Shown one piece after another: positions 1 through 8,918 of a DNA stretch of 32,000 nucleotides; position 1 is the first letter of the stretch; every line of letters begins with the position of its first letter. The notes below the pieces were generated by a model. It had not been told where the DNA came from. It saw only the letters and a program-made list of their open reading frames with translations, and did not search any database. The stretch is from Halomicronema hongdechloris C2206 (lineage in GTDB: Bacteria > Cyanobacteriota > Cyanobacteriia > Phormidesmidales > Phormidesmidaceae). The position numbers were made by a program, and so were the translations under genes. The stretch covers positions 3,870,001-3,902,000 of the forward strand of contig NZ_CP021983.2 of assembly GCF_002075285.3 (NCBI RefSeq), written 5' to 3'.

Positions 1-798
1 CGGCTGAATTTGATTGCTCAACTGACACAGGACCTGCGCAGCCCCTTAACCTCGATTGTGGGGATGGCCAGTGTACTCAGCCGGCAAATCTATGGCCCCC
101 TAACCGACAAACAGAAAGAATATACCGACATCGTCCGCCGCAGTAGCCAGACCTTAATGAATCTAGTCGATGACATCATCGGCTTGGGGACCGATCGAGA
201 CGACTATAACTACCTGACACCAACGCCAGTCGACATTGAGATGTTAGGGCAGCAGGTGATCCAAAGCCTAGAGCAAGTCGCAACCCAGCGAGAGCAACAG
301 ATTAAGCTCACGGTTGAACCCGGCCCGCGGATTTGGATGCTAGATAAAGGTAAAGTGCGGCAGCTCCTCTATCACCTAATCTTTAGTGTGGTTCAAACCG
401 CTGGCGAAGCTAGCACCATTCAAGTGCATGCCTCCCGCAAGGCTGACCATTTGCAGCTGGCTGTTGGGCTTTCAAATCCTTGGCTGGGAGAAGGGTTACC
501 TCAAGCTTTGCTAGCTCTAGATCACCACTTGCCCGGAGGTAACATTGGGGATCTATATCCAGTCAATCAGGATTTAGTCGGCCCGCACCCGAGTCGGGAC
601 CTTCAATTCCCAGACACTACAACTTCCTCTCAGGAATCCTCTCGAGAGTTGTTGAGCCTACTCCTTAGCCGTCAACTCACCGAGATGCAGCGGGGAGCGC
701 TAGGGATTCAGGGAAGTCCTGAGGCCGGATATCGCTATGTCATTACCTTGCCATCCCTCACGGCCAATGCCTCAACCGCGTCTCGAATAGCTTGTTGA
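1..798 (+). CDS. Histidine-kinase-like protein, C-terminal part (5' end lies outside the window); degenerate HisKA and HATPase core
   Basis: The reading frame is open from base 1, with the stop at 796-798. An H-box-like 'LTQDLRSPLTSIVGM' is followed by a kinase-core-sized region ending 'GYRYVITLP'. Gln sits where the phospho-accepting His is expected, and the N/G1/G2 ATP-lid motifs are not recognisable. Confidence 0.6.
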   Translation, partial: RLNLIAQLTQDLRSPLTSIVGMASVLSRQIYGPLTDKQKEYTDIVRRSSQTLMNLVDDIIGLGTDRDDYNYLTPTPVDIEMLGQQVIQSLEQVATQREQQIKLTVEPGPRIWMLDKGKVRQLLYHLIFSVVQTAGEASTIQVHASRKADHLQLAVGLSNPWLGEGLPQALLALDHHLPGGNIGDLYPVNQDLVGPHPSRDLQFPDTTTSSQESSRELLSLLLSRQLTEMQRGALGIQGSPEAGYRYVITLPSLTANASTASRIAC

Positions 799-900
799 TT
801 GGATTTAAAGACGCTTCAAAGACGCTTCTCATCTAGAATTGGGCAACGAGGGTGCACTTAGCCACACTTAGCTGTTCTCGGTATTGTCTGGAAAGCGTCG

Positions 901-1056
901 GTGTTTACTGGTATTGACATCATTGTCCTACTCGTCGTGATCGGGTTTGTACTCTACCTAGCGGCTCCTGAGTCGAACCCCACCTTATTCCAGTGGGATC
1001 CCCTCGCCGCTCTAGTGGTGATTGCCGTGATTATTTTGGTAGTCTCTAGCCTTTGA
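901..1056 (+). CDS. Possible small two-TM membrane protein (51 aa, GTG start)
   Basis: My own translation of an ORF below the track cutoff gives 'VFTGIDIIVLLVVIGFVLYLAAPESNPTLFQWDPLAALVVIAVIILVVSSL*'. It has two hydrophobic helices and lies in an otherwise empty 380-nt gap. There is no clear RBS. Confidence 0.25.
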   Translation: MFTGIDIIVLLVVIGFVLYLAAPESNPTLFQWDPLAALVVIAVIILVVSSL

Positions 1057-1176
1057 GTTCTGGGCAGGAGAACTTCGAAGTATACCGACTCTCTAGACTG
1101 CGGCTACCCATGTTGCTCCCGCGCCCATGACATCTATCAGCATCTCTATGGTGCACCAAGCTGAACATGGGCGTCT

Positions 1177-3984
1177 CTAGTTAGAAGATTGTGTCTGTTC
1201 GAGTTGCTGCAAGATACGCTGCAACCGTTGTTGAGCTTCACCGTAAGCGGGCCAGTCTCCCTGGCTCAGGGCATCTTGACTCGTTTCGTAGGCCTCTAGG
1301 GCTGACTGAATCAGGTTGGCAATGTCGGGGGAAACCGTTGTTGTGTCTGGGCTTAGGGGCTGTTCCTCCGATGAGGGGGCCGGAGTCGGGATGGCCGAAG
1401 CTGTGCCAAAAATCGCTTCCAGACAGGCTTCCAATGTATTTCGCATGACGATTTGGTCGTCATAGGCAACGATGACCCGACGTAGCTCTGGCAATTCTCC
1501 CTGCTCTGAGCGCAGATACACAGGCTCGATGTACAGCAGAGACTGATCGATGGGAATTACCTGCAGATCTCCCCGAATCACTCGAGACCCTTCTTGACTC
1601 CAGAGAGTCAGTTGTTGCGAAATTTCAGGGGTTTGATCGATGCGGGCTTCGATCTGACTAGGGCCATAGACTAGCTGTTGCTTGGGAAACTCGTAGAGCA
1701 GAAGCTTGCCATATTTGTCGCCATCGGAGCGTCCCGCTAGCCAAGCCACCATATTGTCTTTATTGACTGGGGTAAAGGGGCTAATCTGAATAAATTCTTC
1801 TTGGGTTTCTTGGGGTAAACGCATGATGATGTAATAGGGCTCCATCTGCACCTGCTCTCCTTCATAGATTTGAGTGGGAAAGCGCCACAGGTCTTCCCGG
1901 TTATAAAACACCTCTGGATTGGCCATATGATAGGCCCGATACATTTGGGCCTGAATCTTGAACAAGTCTAGGGGATAGCGAAAATGGGCCCGCACCGCCT
2001 CCGGAACTGCCGTCATGGGCTCAAACAAATCGGGAAAGATCTGGCGATAGGTGTTCAAGACGGGGTCTTGCTCATCCACCACGAAGAAGTGCATGGAGCC
2101 ATCATAGGCATCGACTACAACTTTGACGGCATCACGAATGTAGTTGCTCCCTTGGCTGGCCAAGTCGGTGATTGTCCTACCTTGCAGAATGGCCTGCACT
2201 TCGCTGCTGCGACCCAGGGGCTCGGAGTAGGGATAGCGATCGCTGATGGTGTAAGCATCGACAATCCATTTCAAACGGCCATCGATAACCGTTACATAAG
2301 GATCATCGTCAAGGGCTAGAAAAGGGGCCACCTGACGCACGCGCTGCTGCACTTGACGGTGGTAGTGAATGCGCGAGCGCTCGGTGAAGTAATTGGAAAT
2401 GAGAATCTTGAGGCTGCCCAAATCATAGGCATAGGCTAGACGTCTCCAGATTGAGCCCATAGGCACCCCGCCGCCGCCGTCATATTGGTTGACGACGTTA
2501 TCGTCTCCCTGAGGATAGTCAAACTCTGGCGTGCTGGAGCCGGTGAAGATATAGCTGGTGCTCTCTTCGCCATAGTAGATGCGGGGTTGCTCAATGGCGA
2601 GATCAACACTAGATTCGGGGGGAATATTTTTGACGAACAGCTCGGGTAAGCCGTCCGATGTCACCCGATTGACCGGACTCATGACTAGGCCGTAGCCGTG
2701 GGTAAATTTGAGCCGCTCATTGACCCAGGTTTGGGCCTCGGAGGGGACTTGGCTGTACATCATCTCTCGACCGGAGAGCATGACCTGGCGATAGTCGTTA
2801 TCTAGGGTGTAGCGGTCGATATCAACGTCCTGAAAGCGATAGTAGAGGCGGAATTCTTGCAGCTGTCGATAGGTGCTGAGTAGAGGGCGATAGTCCCAGA
2901 GGCGAATGTTGTCGATGGTTGATTGGTTGGCTTGCAGATCGGCGCGATCAATAGCGGATTCGGCAGGAAAGGATTCGCTCTGGACTTGGTCTAGGCCATA
3001 GGCACGGCGGGTGAAGCCAATGGTATTGGCTATGTAGGGGGTTTCTTTGGCTAGTTCATTGGGCTCTACCACTAACTTCTGCTGCGCCCAGGGATAGAGC
3101 CCGCTGACTACCACCAGGACAATGACATAGACACCAATGCCAAAGCTGGGTAGGGAGAAGCCGCTGCGCCAGAGGGAAATAACGAAGAGGATGGCGATGG
3201 CCAGGGTGACAAACCCCATCATCCAGTAGGCTTGCAGGCGAGCATGGACGTCGGTATAGCCGGCCCCAAAACTCGCCCCTGTGGGGGAATAGAGGAGGTT
3301 GAATCGGTCCAGCCAGAAGCCAAGCGCCAGAATGAAGGCCATGGCAGCCAGCAATACACAGAGATGGGCCTTGACTTGACCGGTGATGAAGTACTTCCAA
3401 CCGCGCTCTAGGCGAATTTCCCCCTTGAGGGCATAGAAGGCGAGGCACAACAACAGTGTCCAGCCCAGCAGACCGATGAGTCCCTGTTGCAGTCCCTCAT
3501 AGCAGGGCAGGCGAAACAGGTAAAAACCAATGTCCTGCTGGAAGATGGGATCGGTTTGGTCGAAGGAGGTGGGATTGAGGTATTTCAGGATGGTTTCCCA
3601 GGCACCGGCGGCTTTGGCGGCACCATCTAGGGAGATGATGGCAATGAGTGCGATCGCACCATAGCGCACTAAGGATGGCAGATAGAGGGCCAGTTCTTGC
3701 CCCCTAGGGGTATCTCGAAAGACAAAGGGACGATCTTGAGTAAACCGCACGGCCAGGCAGTAATTCAGCGTCAAGAACAGGACATACAGCACCAGCACTC
3801 CCAGCCAGATGCCCACCTGCCAGCGGATGCGAGTCCAGAAGACTGACCCGAACCCAACAGCAGTAAACCACCAGGACTCTGTGAGTAGATGCACCAGGGT
3901 GCCTGACGCCATTAATAAGACGACGATCAACACCAACAGCGGAATCGCCCAAGAAAATCGGGTTAGTTTGGGGTGTCGTCTCAC
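1177..3984 (-). CDS. UPF0182 family membrane protein
   Basis: The 935-aa ORF has about seven N-terminal TM helices ('LLTESWWFTAVGFGSVFWTRI...') followed by a large soluble region. Size and layout match the UPF0182 proteins of cyanobacteria and actinobacteria, recognised from memory. Confidence 0.8.
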   Translation of the reverse strand: MRRHPKLTRFSWAIPLLVLIVVLLMASGTLVHLLTESWWFTAVGFGSVFWTRIRWQVGIWLGVLVLYVLFLTLNYCLAVRFTQDRPFVFRDTPRGQELALYLPSLVRYGAIALIAIISLDGAAKAAGAWETILKYLNPTSFDQTDPIFQQDIGFYLFRLPCYEGLQQGLIGLLGWTLLLCLAFYALKGEIRLERGWKYFITGQVKAHLCVLLAAMAFILALGFWLDRFNLLYSPTGASFGAGYTDVHARLQAYWMMGFVTLAIAILFVISLWRSGFSLPSFGIGVYVIVLVVVSGLYPWAQQKLVVEPNELAKETPYIANTIGFTRRAYGLDQVQSESFPAESAIDRADLQANQSTIDNIRLWDYRPLLSTYRQLQEFRLYYRFQDVDIDRYTLDNDYRQVMLSGREMMYSQVPSEAQTWVNERLKFTHGYGLVMSPVNRVTSDGLPELFVKNIPPESSVDLAIEQPRIYYGEESTSYIFTGSSTPEFDYPQGDDNVVNQYDGGGGVPMGSIWRRLAYAYDLGSLKILISNYFTERSRIHYHRQVQQRVRQVAPFLALDDDPYVTVIDGRLKWIVDAYTISDRYPYSEPLGRSSEVQAILQGRTITDLASQGSNYIRDAVKVVVDAYDGSMHFFVVDEQDPVLNTYRQIFPDLFEPMTAVPEAVRAHFRYPLDLFKIQAQMYRAYHMANPEVFYNREDLWRFPTQIYEGEQVQMEPYYIIMRLPQETQEEFIQISPFTPVNKDNMVAWLAGRSDGDKYGKLLLYEFPKQQLVYGPSQIEARIDQTPEISQQLTLWSQEGSRVIRGDLQVIPIDQSLLYIEPVYLRSEQGELPELRRVIVAYDDQIVMRNTLEACLEAIFGTASAIPTPAPSSEEQPLSPDTTTVSPDIANLIQSALEAYETSQDALSQGDWPAYGEAQQRLQRILQQLEQTQSSN

Positions 3985-4318
3985 AGCCGCGCGATCTCCA
4001 AAACCACAAGGGCCGACCTAGCAAGCGACCTGACTCAGGAACCAACCTTAGAATTTGCCCTCGAGTCAGGGGCTACTGCCGGCCCTACCCTTGACCTTAT
4101 CTAAAATTGAGCCATTATGCTGCCCAGCCAGGACTGGAGACAACTAGGCGCGAAATCGATCGAGGTGGTCAGGGGGGGGCAACGGAGTTTCCGCCAGTAG
4201 ATTCCCCGCCAACGCACTCACTGGTTCCGGTACATCAGCTGCCCCTGCTGTGGTGGTCCTTGTGCTCCACTGGAACTCTGTGGGACCCTAGCATCCAAAG
4301 CATGATAGGGATGGCATA

Positions 4319-5338
4319 GTGGTTTCCCTGCGGCGTATTCCCGGACGAGCTTATCTAATACTGGCGGTGATTATCTTTGCCGCCGCCAATGCCATCACTC
4401 GCAAACTCAGTGATCTGGGGGCCCAAAATGCCGTCGCCGGGCGCAACCCGATTTCGTTCTGCAATGTATTGTTTGTCGGCAACCTGGTGGCCTTGATCGC
4501 CTTGGTGACCCTCTATGGGCGGGAGTTATCGCCTCACACCTGGCGTCATTTATCTTGGCGGGACTGGGGAGTGGTCAGCTTGATTGCGCTACTGTCTGGA
4601 GCCCTAGCCCCAGCTCTATTTTTCATGGCCCTAGAGCAAACCTCGGTGAATACGGTGGTGCTGCTGGGACGTATCGAGCCGCCGTTGACTCTGGCCTTGT
4701 CGGTGTGGTTTCTGCGGGAACGGGTCAATGGCTGGGTAGTAGTGGGGGCGTTGCTTGCTTTTGTCGGGGTAGTACTCACTATTGTGCTGGCCCCATCTAG
4801 CCAGCAAGAGATGAGCATGGGGATGCTGTCCATCGGTCGGGGGGAACTCATGGCTCTGGGAGGTGCGATCGCAGCGGCGGTAGCCACAGTGATCAGCAAG
4901 GCGGGGCTGGTGCAGTTGCCCCTGGGGTTATTTAACATCGCTAGAACCGCCATCGGCACGGTGATTTTTTTGGTAGCGGTGGTGTTGCTGTTTCAGCCCA
5001 GCCATTTCATGGATGTCTTCCACCCGTTCCTGTGGCGATGGATGCTCTTGTATGGGGTGATCATCGTGGTAGGCGGCCAACTGGCCTGGACCCAGGGACT
5101 ACGCCATAGCCAAGCCGCCGAAGTTTCCCTGGCTAGTTCCTTTAGTCCTATCGCCGGAGTCTTAGCCGCCTACGTGGTCCTGGGGGAAGTGCCCACAGCC
5201 GCCCAATATATTGGGGGTGTGGTGATTTTGCTGGGCATTGCCTTAAACCACTGGGGGGTTAGTCACGCCCCTGCCAAAGCAGTCAGTACAGTCTTAGCCC
5301 GGGAAATGGACCACGAAATCGGGTTTCGGGGGATTTAA
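4319..5338 (+). CDS. DMT superfamily (EamA-like) transporter
   Basis: The 339-aa ORF has a GTG start and about 10 TM helices in two EamA-like halves, with a Gly/Ala/Leu-rich composition. Confidence 0.75.
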   Translation: MVSLRRIPGRAYLILAVIIFAAANAITRKLSDLGAQNAVAGRNPISFCNVLFVGNLVALIALVTLYGRELSPHTWRHLSWRDWGVVSLIALLSGALAPALFFMALEQTSVNTVVLLGRIEPPLTLALSVWFLRERVNGWVVVGALLAFVGVVLTIVLAPSSQQEMSMGMLSIGRGELMALGGAIAAAVATVISKAGLVQLPLGLFNIARTAIGTVIFLVAVVLLFQPSHFMDVFHPFLWRWMLLYGVIIVVGGQLAWTQGLRHSQAAEVSLASSFSPIAGVLAAYVVLGEVPTAAQYIGGVVILLGIALNHWGVSHAPAKAVSTVLAREMDHEIGFRGI

Positions 5339-5430
5339 TGTCATTGACGGTTAGGGTTGTGATCGACTACTTCGGGGCCACGTGCTCCGCTTGCAAAATG
5401 ACGAGACTTCAGTCTATTGTCTCCGCGGAA

Positions 5431-6066
5431 TCACCAGCATCGAATCGATTTGACCTCAGCTGGTTGAGCGGCCGCCTGAATAACCCAGGCTCCATTTACC
5501 CGATTGAGAAAGAAATCTTTTCGTTCATCGGTGCCGCTGCCATCCGTCCGGCAATAACGGATAGAGGTGGTGAGAATCTTGCGGTCGGGGGAGTCGCTGG
5601 CTTTCGGTTCGAAGCTGACCAAGCCAATGCTGTGAATGGGCTCAGTGGGTCGGTTGATGCCCTCTAGCCACTCTTCTGTGGCAGCAACATTGAGGTTGGG
5701 ATGTAGTTCCTTGGCTCTATTGAAATCCCTGCTCTCAAGGGCGACAAAATATTCTACCAGCACTTCATCTGCGGTTGTAGTCGGTTCCGAGGTAATCGCA
5801 GGTTCGGGGGATGGTGAGTCTACTACTTCGGGTTCTGTCGGAGTTGTTGTCCTGCTAACAGGCGGCGTATCGGGAATGAAAGAGAGAGTGATTCCTAGAC
5901 TGAGCAAAAATAGACCGATGAGTCCAGCAGTGATTTGTCGCTTGGGGGACATCTGGATCTGCCCACCCACCTGAGAGGCTACCGAGAGTAATAGAAAGAA
6001 GAGCCCTCCCACTACCAGCAGCGTGGGTAACGGGGTATCACTGACGGCTTTGATAATCTCGTCCAA
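5431..6066 (-). CDS. Hypothetical membrane-anchored protein
   Basis: The 211-aa ORF has a TTG start. It has two N-terminal TM helices, a Pro/Thr/Glu-rich linker and a C-terminal globular region of about 110 aa. I do not recognise the family. Confidence 0.5.
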   Translation of the reverse strand: MDEIIKAVSDTPLPTLLVVGGLFFLLLSVASQVGGQIQMSPKRQITAGLIGLFLLSLGITLSFIPDTPPVSRTTTPTEPEVVDSPSPEPAITSEPTTTADEVLVEYFVALESRDFNRAKELHPNLNVAATEEWLEGINRPTEPIHSIGLVSFEPKASDSPDRKILTTSIRYCRTDGSGTDERKDFFLNRVNGAWVIQAAAQPAEVKSIRCW

Positions 6067-6193
6067 GAATCCTTGTCCATGCTATTGTTGCCTTTCAAGA
6101 ATACTCGCCTACAGCATCGTTGCCATTCCGGGTTTTAAAGACATTTGGGGCACACCTAGGGGCGCCCCATCGTCAATTTTCTCCCTTTCGATA

Positions 6194-7336
6194 CTAGGCA
6201 GGGGTAAGCTGCTCCATTTTTTCCTGGATGGACTGCAACAGAGCATCGTAAGGCTTCACGAATTTGTCGATGCCCTCTTCCAGTAGCTCATCCATTACCT
6301 GGTTCAGGTTGATGTCGATGGCCGGGTCGGCCAGGCTCTCAATCTGCTGGCGGGCCAGGTCCCAGCCAGTGAGCACCTGATCCGGCTGAATGTTGCCGTG
6401 ATCGGCGACGGCGTCGATGGTTTCTAGGGGCATAGTGTTGATGGTGTGTTGCCCCACCAACTCTTCCACGTACATGACGTCGCTGTAGTCAGGGTTCTTG
6501 GTGCTGGTGCTGGCCCACAGTAATCGCTGCACCTGCGCGCCCCGATTTGCAAGGGCTTGCCAGCGCTCGCTGCCAAAGAGCTCTTGGAAACGCTGATAGG
6601 CTAGCTTGGCATTGGCGATGGCGATGCGCCCTCGTAGGGCTTCTAGCCGCTGCTGCCGCTCTCCGTCGGCCTGTTCCAGTTTTGCTGCCAGGCGATCATC
6701 TACCTTGGTGTCGATGCGACTGAGGAAGAAGCTGGCCACCGAGGCGATGCGATCGATGGGACGACCCAATTCAGCTCGCTTTTCTAGGCCACGAATGTAG
6801 GCCCACGCTGCTTGAGTATACATCTCCACCGAGAACAGCAGAGTAACGTTGACGTTGATGCCCTCGGTAATGGCTTGTTCGATGGCACCTAGCCCCTCTA
6901 GGGTGCCAGGGATCTTGATCATGACGTTGTCGCGGTCTACCGTTGCGAAAAAGCGGCGAGCTTCAGCCATGGTGCCAGCAATATCGCGGGCCAGGTGGGG
7001 AGACACCTCAATGCTGACATAGCCGTCTGCGCCATCAGTAGCATTGTAGACCGGGCGCAGCTCGTCACAAGCTCGGCGCACGTCTTCAAAGGCTAGTGAC
7101 TGGTAAATCTGCTCAGCAGTCCACTCGTTCTGGATGCCTTGCTGAATATCGGGCTGGTAGCGATCATCGCTGCGAATAGACTTTTCGAAGATAGATGGGT
7201 TGGATGTGATCCCGGCCAGCCCTTGATTGTCAATGCGCTGCTTCAGCTCACCGGTTTCAATGATGCTGCGGCTGAGGTAGTCCATCCACAGACTTTGGCC
7301 GTACTCTTTCAGGGTTAGTAACGGGTTGGTACTCAT
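6194..7336 (-). CDS. tal: Transaldolase
   Basis: The 380-aa ORF begins 'NPLLTLKEYGQSLWMDYLSRSIIETGELKQRI...GITSNPSIFEKSI...MIKIPGT', which is the characteristic long-form cyanobacterial transaldolase sequence. Confidence 0.93.
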   Translation of the reverse strand: MSTNPLLTLKEYGQSLWMDYLSRSIIETGELKQRIDNQGLAGITSNPSIFEKSIRSDDRYQPDIQQGIQNEWTAEQIYQSLAFEDVRRACDELRPVYNATDGADGYVSIEVSPHLARDIAGTMAEARRFFATVDRDNVMIKIPGTLEGLGAIEQAITEGINVNVTLLFSVEMYTQAAWAYIRGLEKRAELGRPIDRIASVASFFLSRIDTKVDDRLAAKLEQADGERQQRLEALRGRIAIANAKLAYQRFQELFGSERWQALANRGAQVQRLLWASTSTKNPDYSDVMYVEELVGQHTINTMPLETIDAVADHGNIQPDQVLTGWDLARQQIESLADPAIDINLNQVMDELLEEGIDKFVKPYDALLQSIQEKMEQLTPA

Positions 7337-7765
7337 AGGTCGCGGGGTGGTGGTGACTTGACTACACAGACAGTGGTTAGGGGATCCTGAGTTGAACTGA
7401 CCATATCGCTAGTCGACTCGGACTCCCATAGAGTGGAGAGTTGATGCCCTATCAGGAGGCTAGGAACTGATTCGGCCAACGGGTAGTGATGCCCTAGACC
7501 AGCTTGCGAGCATACCTTGTTCCTCACTTCTACAGTAGAAAATTTCACGGCTGGTGGCGTCTCCCTGTAGAGAGAATCTGTCAAAATGCTGCTACACCAG
7601 GATTATTACGAGTTCTTCAAACAGCCTAGAGCCCTTGAGACAATTGGATACCCTAGACGGCATACCCCTCACTAGAGGATGGGATCAGGCAAGTCGGACC
7701 TGACATGGTCAGAGTCATGGGTCGGCGTCTGCCAATCCGGGTGCTTTCATAGATTTCTCTATTGC

Positions 7766-7803
7766 TTATATCCATACAGTTATATCCATACAGTTATATC
7801 CAT
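7766..7803 (+). repeat. 14-nt tandem repeat 'TTATATCCATACAG', 2.7 copies, running into the ATG at 7802
   Basis: Direct reading gives units at 7766-7779 and 7780-7793, and a partial third unit at 7794-7803. In that third unit the ATA of the repeat is ATG, the likely start codon of the next gene. Confidence 0.85.
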
Positions 7804-8824
7804 GCCCCAAGACCGCAGTAAGCATTGGTTTGTTTCCGCGTCAGAGCTTGATACTCCTGGAGGTGCCCAACTTCGACGCACCGATTCAGCGATCCAAGAG
7901 ACGGATCAGCTGATTCCAGAAGGAGGATCCTTCACCCTCTCCTTAGAAAGCTTCTACATCTACGAAGGCCATGACGATGACGGCAGTGGTAATGATCTAC
8001 TCATTCGCAGTCGAGTGCGCTACGGTGATGAACCGCGCACCGAAGTGATCAATTTCTTCGGTGCCGACATCCCTGCGGGCACCGTCAAAGATAACTTGGA
8101 ATACGAGCACATCTTTGCGCGCCAAGACTACTCAGAAGAGGCCCGCATCTGGCTAGAAATCGAAGTGATGGAGATTGATAAGGGTCTGGCTCGAGATGAC
8201 TCTATCCTGGGTGGCTTAGGGCAGGTCTACCGTGACTTTGGCGGTCTCTTTGCCACCCTAATTCCCTTTTCAGGTGTAGCTGCCTCTCTCATTGGTCGCC
8301 TGGAAAAATTGAATCGTGTTCGGGACCAAGACAAACAGATCTTTCTCAGCACCCTGGATTTGTACTCTAAGGTAGCAAGTTCTGGGGAGGCGCCGCTGCG
8401 TTGTGGTGCCTATGTATTTTTCAAAGATGAGGTGGAAGCGGTGCAGTATAAACTACGGGGGTTACAGCTAGAACGAGCTGCCCCTAACCAGCAGAATGTG
8501 CCGATCCGAGATGACTACCTGGTGATTAAAGTTGTCCCGACCATTGTCAAATCGGTCAGTAGCAGCGACAACCTACTGCAAAATCAGCAGGTGGCGACTA
8601 TCCTCAGCCATCTGGATGAGGGGGAAAAGGCAGAGGCCAGTCGACGCAAACAGCATCTCAGTTATCTGCAAGACATTGTGCAGGGATCGCGCCAACTGAA
8701 GGATCTGGACTATTTCTACACGCTCAAGCGCCAAAAAGATTTAGGGAAAACGCTGAGCCAGCCTCAGGAGGAGCGGTTCTTTGAGATTGCCGATAAATTG
8801 AGTCGCTACATTCCCAACCTCTAG
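7802..8824 (+). CDS. Hypothetical protein (about 340 aa), family not recognised
   Basis: The ORF is open from 7679, but the first ATG is at 7802 ('MPQDRSKHW...'). Coding-like composition runs throughout, and the C-terminus is helical and charged. It lies 94 nt upstream of the lysozyme/peptidase gene on the same strand. Confidence 0.55.
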   Translation: MPQDRSKHWFVSASELDTPGGAQLRRTDSAIQETDQLIPEGGSFTLSLESFYIYEGHDDDGSGNDLLIRSRVRYGDEPRTEVINFFGADIPAGTVKDNLEYEHIFARQDYSEEARIWLEIEVMEIDKGLARDDSILGGLGQVYRDFGGLFATLIPFSGVAASLIGRLEKLNRVRDQDKQIFLSTLDLYSKVASSGEAPLRCGAYVFFKDEVEAVQYKLRGLQLERAAPNQQNVPIRDDYLVIKVVPTIVKSVSSSDNLLQNQQVATILSHLDEGEKAEASRRKQHLSYLQDIVQGSRQLKDLDYFYTLKRQKDLGKTLSQPQEERFFEIADKLSRYIPNL

Positions 8825-8918
8825 CCCAACCTTGAGGAGGAGATCGATGCTGGGCTGTTTCCGAAATAGGTAGCCATTATATTGATGCCTTTCTATAACC
8901 CCCTAGCCCCTTATTACC

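Noticed and set aside
1191-4045. Several 70-130-aa ORFs overlapping the UPF0182 gene on either strand (1191..1448, 1984..2319, 3056..3448, 3704..4045, 3809..4021).
   Set aside because: They are embedded in or antisense to a long, well-supported CDS and have biased Arg/Pro/Gly composition typical of off-frame GC-rich DNA. The same reasoning applies to the shadow ORFs within 4546..4959, 5338..5974, 9625..11935, 12062..12674, 13068..14060, 16119..19380 and 21412..22423.
6146-6169. The hairpin TGGGGC...GCCCCA downstream of transaldolase, considered as an intrinsic terminator.
   Set aside because: No U-tract follows on the minus (tal) strand and the loop is long. The evidence is insufficient.
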